From Macrostomum lignano (Eukaryota), in contig NIVC01000651.1 of the NCBI GenBank assembly GCA_002269645.1, forward strand, positions 24,460 to 88,459: a DNA stretch of 64,000 nt, given 5' to 3'. Positions 59,501 to 64,000 of this stretch are shown piece by piece. Within the stretch, counting starts at the first letter, position 1, and each line of letters opens with the position of its first letter. The notes under the pieces were generated by a model. It did no database searches and was not told the origin of the DNA. It saw nothing but the letters and a program-made list of their open reading frames with translations. The position numbers and the translations under genes are program-made.

Positions 59501-62500
59501 TCCGCTCGATGCATCAGCAAATTCGAGCTTTGCGCTGGTGCTGGCATCAGCTCTCTCTTTGCTTAGTCCGCTCGATGCATCAGCACATTCGAGCTTTGCG
59601 CTGGTGCTGGCATCAGCTCTCTCTTTGCTTAGTCCACTGGATGCATCAGCAATGTTGACTTTTGCGCTTGTGCTTGCGTCGATACTTTCTTTAGTTGCAC
59701 TACTCGACGCATCAGCAACTTCGAGTTTTGCGCTTGTGCTGGCATCAACTCTCTCGTCGCTTAGTCTGCTCGATGCATCTGCAAATTCCAGCTTTACGTC
59801 TGTGCTGGCATCAGCTCTCTCTTCGCTTAGTCCACTGGATGCATCAGCAAACTCGAGTTCTGCGCTGGTGCTGGCATGTCCTGTGCCTGCATTTTGAGCT
59901 AAATTTTCCTCTTTTTGTCCAATTATCTTTCGAATCGTATGATCTATACTTAGAACAGGTGGCATGCTTGCTGAAATTAGAATATTGGGTAAGCTCTCAC
60001 ATCTTCTGATTCGAAATGTTTTGGACGAGAGCCTGATAATTTCGTTGGTTTCCGTTTGAAGTCCAAATAGCGCACTACTTTTGCGCTGTGTGTATTCGTC
60101 TATTTGATGTGCAACACCAAGATCGCTTGTTTCGTGAAGTGTATAGCCACTACTATCTATAAGGCCAACAGTTTCCGATGTGCATGTATACTCTAAATCA
60201 TGCGAGAACTCGTTTTCTTCGAAAAATTCCTCACATTGAGCGAGGGCTGTAGTACTAACATGATGCTGAGAACTCGTATCTACTAAGAAACTCTGTAACT
60301 TTTCTCGAAGTATCTCCATATTTTGTTCCAGACTTTGATTTAATTCTACCAGTTGTACTAATTTTGAGTCCTTAATGCGCAAAAGCTCCTCAAGGTATGT
60401 ATTCTGGCGACGGATTTCGGATTCTGATTGCAACGCTCGGTCGTGGCTAGAAATAAGGTGATCAAGCTCATCTAGTATATTGAATTCGGATTTTTGCTGC
60501 CCTCTTTTAAATGGTGCTCTCAAAAATGTGCGATTTTTGAGTTGCCTCGAAATAGTTTCAAGAATACATTTTTTCTCAAGAACGTCCAACGATAAGCGAT
60601 CAAGTCTAGCCAATAAGTCTCCGTTTACAGATGGCAGCAGTCCAATTTGCTGATTGAAGTCCTTTGATACTTTTTCGCCCACTTTATCAATTTCGGTCTG
60701 CAAACAGGTCAATCGATCAACGAGCTGTTTGATGTGATTACTAGCCTGAGAAAGATTTACGTCCTTAGTTTCTGACTCAGCTCGTAAGGCTTGCCGCTCA
60801 TCAGAGAGTCGACATACTTCCAACTCAAATTCATCAATAAGGGATCGTGTAAAATCAAGCGCTTCTTTGAGACCTCTGTTCTCATCAGATAGACTGATAT
60901 TCTGGTTAGACAGAGTGAACACTTGCATATTTAGGTCACGAAGGACAACTTTCATCTCTTCGTTGTATCGTTCCACGAAGGTTTGGTGGCTTAGAACTTC
61001 TGTCTGTGTTTCAACAGACATAGAATTGCGAGCGGTCACATTAAAGGCTGTTGGGTGGTGTCCAACTCAAATGTTGCGTCACCTTGAACATAATCATGCA
61101 TGACTTCCATTTGAAGTGAGCTTGGTGCAGAGACAGCATGATTCTTTGCCTCGTCGGATTGGAAATATGTTGGTACTTCAAGAACTGATTCATTAGCTGC
61201 TCCGAATCTCGGTTGTGTCATTAAGGCTGCATCAAATTGTCTGAAAACTGTCTCGGCACATGCAGGATCTGATGTTACAAAACCGCTTTCTGAGAGGCTC
61301 TTAACTGTTGGAAAATCCACTTTGCTCTCCGCAATGGAAGCGCTTTCTCTTGCCGGGTCATTATTATCAGAAACAGATGCCTGGTCGTGAAAAAAACCGC
61401 GAGTATTTTCAGTCCGAGAAGGAACACAAGTACTGGATGGATCAGTGCCTGAAGTCATATTTTCTGCATACTGGATATCCGGTGCAGTAAAGTATTCTGT
61501 GGTTGTGTGAGCATCAACGGTCATGATTGTACAATCAACTGAAGAATCGGATAGCAGAGGCTTGCGAAATTCTAAACTAGCATCTGATGGAGCACCGCTT
61601 CCTTCTTGCAAATCACTAACGTTTGAACTTGGAAATATTGGCTGAGCACCTGAAGAATTAAAAGCACTTGTAAACAATTCTTTGCAACTGCGAGTTTTTC
61701 TCATTGCACTTTGAGTACTAGCATCTGACACAATGAATGTATTAGCTGCGCCTAAGGCACCTTGATCAGCTGCTTGAGCGGAATCAGAACTATTTTTTTG
61801 TTGCATCTTTCGCTCCTTTATATGCATTATATGGACCGTAGACTCATTGTCGGCTTCAATTTTGAACTTACTGTTTTGAGCGCCAAAAAATTCGCGAACA
61901 CTATCTGAACTATATGCAAAAGCACATTGAACGCTAGCATCAAGCATTTCTGCAGCTACTGGGAATCCAGGGAAACCAGAGTCCAATTCTGTATCGGTAC
62001 TCGCATCAATTAGAATAGCTTTGTCTGTGGCCGAATACGCATCGCAAAAAAGCGGATGTACTACAGTATGATCAACTAGATCAAAAGAATGTTTCGGTGC
62101 TGATGAAGCATCAGTGTTTTTTTGGCTGTCCATTAACACTTTAGCTTTGGAAATTCCCAGCTCTGAGTCCATGCTTGCATCGCTGCTAGAAACAATCGTG
62201 TATGCATCACGACTTTGAAAAGCATCAGTTGATACACATACACTAGTAACTCTGATTGAACAATCCACTTCTGCATTGACTAGCGCTTGATTAAAACTCT
62301 CGGTGCTTGCATCAACCAACACACGCGTGTCGGCTTCCATTTTCGCGGTCGTACTTGCATCGCTAGTTGCTTTTATTTCTCTGCATACAAAGCCACTATC
62401 AAGGAGTGCAGTCGATGTAGTAGTAGCTTCATTGCCTTTAATAGCATCGCTAACTTTGGAGGTACTTTGATAATGTGTAGCTATATCAGCAGGTTGTCGT

Positions 62501-63645
62501 AAATCAGAGCTCTCAAAGACTTGTGCTAGGCTTTCTTGATCAGCTGCCATCTCAGTGCCATCTGTACTTGCTTCAAATCTTTCCAATTGTGGCGTGCATA
62601 CTTTTACATCTTTTCCTTTAACTCCTTCACCGCCCGCGCACTGAGTGGCTTCAGCGAAATTATCAAAAGGTGTATCCGTGCCTACGTCCATGGAGCCACT
62701 AAAACAAGAATCAGTAATAGTTCCTGTTGAAGTACGATTTGGCGTGTTGGTGCTTGTCTCCGTCATGCGAATTACTTCTGTGGATAAATCTGCATTTCTT
62801 ACTGTCAATAAACAGTCAATAGCTGCATCTTTCACAATCTTTGGCTCACAATTTGTACCAGCATCGGATATCTCAATGGTCTCTGTGGATACATATGAAC
62901 TTGACAATACGACCGTACATTCAATGGCTGCATCGTGAACAACAATTTCATCGCAGTTGGTAGCTTCTTCAATACGCTCAGCACCGCAGCTAGCGTTTTT
63001 AACTTGAATAGTACATTCAGAAGCAGCTTCTCTTCTAGAAGGGCATTCACAGTCTGTACTTGCGTCAGACATCAGAAGGACATCCGTCGAAATGCTCGCT
63101 TCTTTTGCATTTTTTACAGACTGGACAGCTTTTTCGCAGCAAGAGAACTCTATATCGCTTCCAACAATTGCGTCAGATACTAGCGGATGCTCTGTGGAAA
63201 CGGCAACACTGATGAGCAGATTAGAACATGTTACAGATGCTTCGACACTTGAAACTTCGTTAAACTCAGTAGATGCATCAGAAGTATCAGAAACGTCTGT
63301 TGACGTGTAGCGGCTGCTAAACTGTCTGATGTTGTCCACAGAGGCATCCTGTTTAAAGACTTGTTGGCATTCTATAGATGCATCACAAAGTTCTAAAGAG
63401 GTTAGAGTAGCTACATCAACGCTGTTAAAACGTGGGACAAATTCAACTGCGGCGTTACATGTCCGCTCGCGTCCTGTAGCAATGTCAGTAGTAAGCAGTG
63501 GACCAGTCTCGTCCGTCAAAGTACCAACTGCAGCTGTGGTAGTTTTCATGTATTCTGTACCCTTTTCAAGCTTATGGGGCCGATCTGATGAAACATTAAA
63601 ACGACTGACGGTACTGCAGACTCGGAAACAACTGTATGCATACAC
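44557..63645 (-). CDS. Giant coiled-coil and tandem-repeat protein (~6,360 aa if three 1-nt deletions are corrected)
   Basis: ORFs 61036-63645 (869 aa), 59432-61039 (535 aa) and 44557-56889 (4110 aa). The last frame continues upstream through the 66-bp repeat to ~59098. Frame breaks at ~61054, ~59484 and ~59098. Heptad-like segments at ~55150-56300, ~60300-61000 and ~45750-46000; D-A-S-[T/S] repeats elsewhere. Confidence 0.75.
46030..54330 (-). repeat. Coding higher-order repeat array (33-nt basic register; 414/567/828/1809-bp periods)
   Basis: Shadow ORF starts in the ORF track recur at 52007/52574/53141/53708 (567 bp), 46205/46619/47033/47447 (414 bp) and 47861/49670, 48428/50237 (1809 bp). 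Confidence 0.95.
56900..59880 (-). repeat. Coding 66-bp (2 x 33-bp) tandem repeat, DASTSAKLEFA-DASSGLSKERA
   Basis: Plus-strand unit GCTCTCTCTTTGCTTAGTCCACTGGATGCATCAGCAAATTCGAGTTTTGCGCTTGTGCTGGCATCA, about 45 copies. Confidence 0.95.
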
Positions 63646-64000
63646 ATCTCTTCAGAATCCAAAATTTGTTACATTTTCTTGAATTTTGACTTCACCTTGA
63701 GTAAGATTTTTGACTCGAATACCGGAAACACTGCTGTCCTTATCAAGGTAGTCGCGAGAGCTTGCCATGTATGTGAACATGGGGGCTTCCCACTGGGTGC
63801 CCTGGTCACACATGCCACGTTTTTGCCACGACTATTTATTTCGGCTATGAATTCTTCTGCAGCGAATCTTCAATACAATCGGCACTCTTGCTAGGTCGAA
63901 GAGGCTGTGTTGGACCAGCGGCAGAAATAGAAACCCTTCGCTGGCTTTCTAGGAATACATCGAGCGACTTTGACAGTGACCGAGAAAGTGAGCTACTTTC

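Noticed and set aside
46205-59897. Plus-strand hydrophobic ORFs (MLASALSLLSPLDAS...)
   Set aside because: Antisense shadows of the giant coding repeat; GATGCATC is palindromic, so DAS reads on both strands.
61030-61060. Overlap ATGTGA as programmed frameshift or translational coupling
   Set aside because: No slippery heptamer or structure seen; the same-direction indels elsewhere favour sequencing error.
63652-63654. In-frame TGA as selenocysteine or readthrough
   Set aside because: No SECIS evidence, and the surrounding frames are disrupted.
1-64000. tRNA, rRNA, snRNA or SL RNA genes
   Set aside because: None recognised by eye; a covariance-model scan (tRNAscan-SE, Infernal/Rfam) would be needed to exclude them.

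Overview
Eukaryotic (metazoan) genomic DNA, not prokaryotic. Exons are GC-rich, introns are GT-AG and packed with minisatellites, and intergenic stretches are AT-rich with transposon debris. This style resembles what is known for the flatworm Macrostomum, but the species cannot be proven from this window. All protein-coding genes I can support lie on the minus strand. In transcription order they are: a giant repetitive coiled-coil/low-complexity protein (~19 kb in what looks like one exon, split into pieces by three apparent 1-nt deletions), RBBP5 (6 exons), CCZ1 (3 exons), a small secreted PAN/apple + 3x TSP1 protein (3 exons), a MARF1/limkain-b1 homologue (1 RRM + 8 LOTUS, no NYN exon found) and a C2H2 zinc-finger gene (partial). 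Mobile DNA includes a decayed Mutator-like element with a MULE transposase relic, several MITEs with readable TIRs/TSDs, a hAT-type element inserted in an intronic minisatellite and a LINE 3' fragment. The most striking pattern is that in four different genes an intronic minisatellite is built from a tandem amplification of the exon-intron junction itself, creating arrays of duplicate splice sites or exon ends. Exon coordinates were read by eye from splice motifs and homology and may be off by a few bases.
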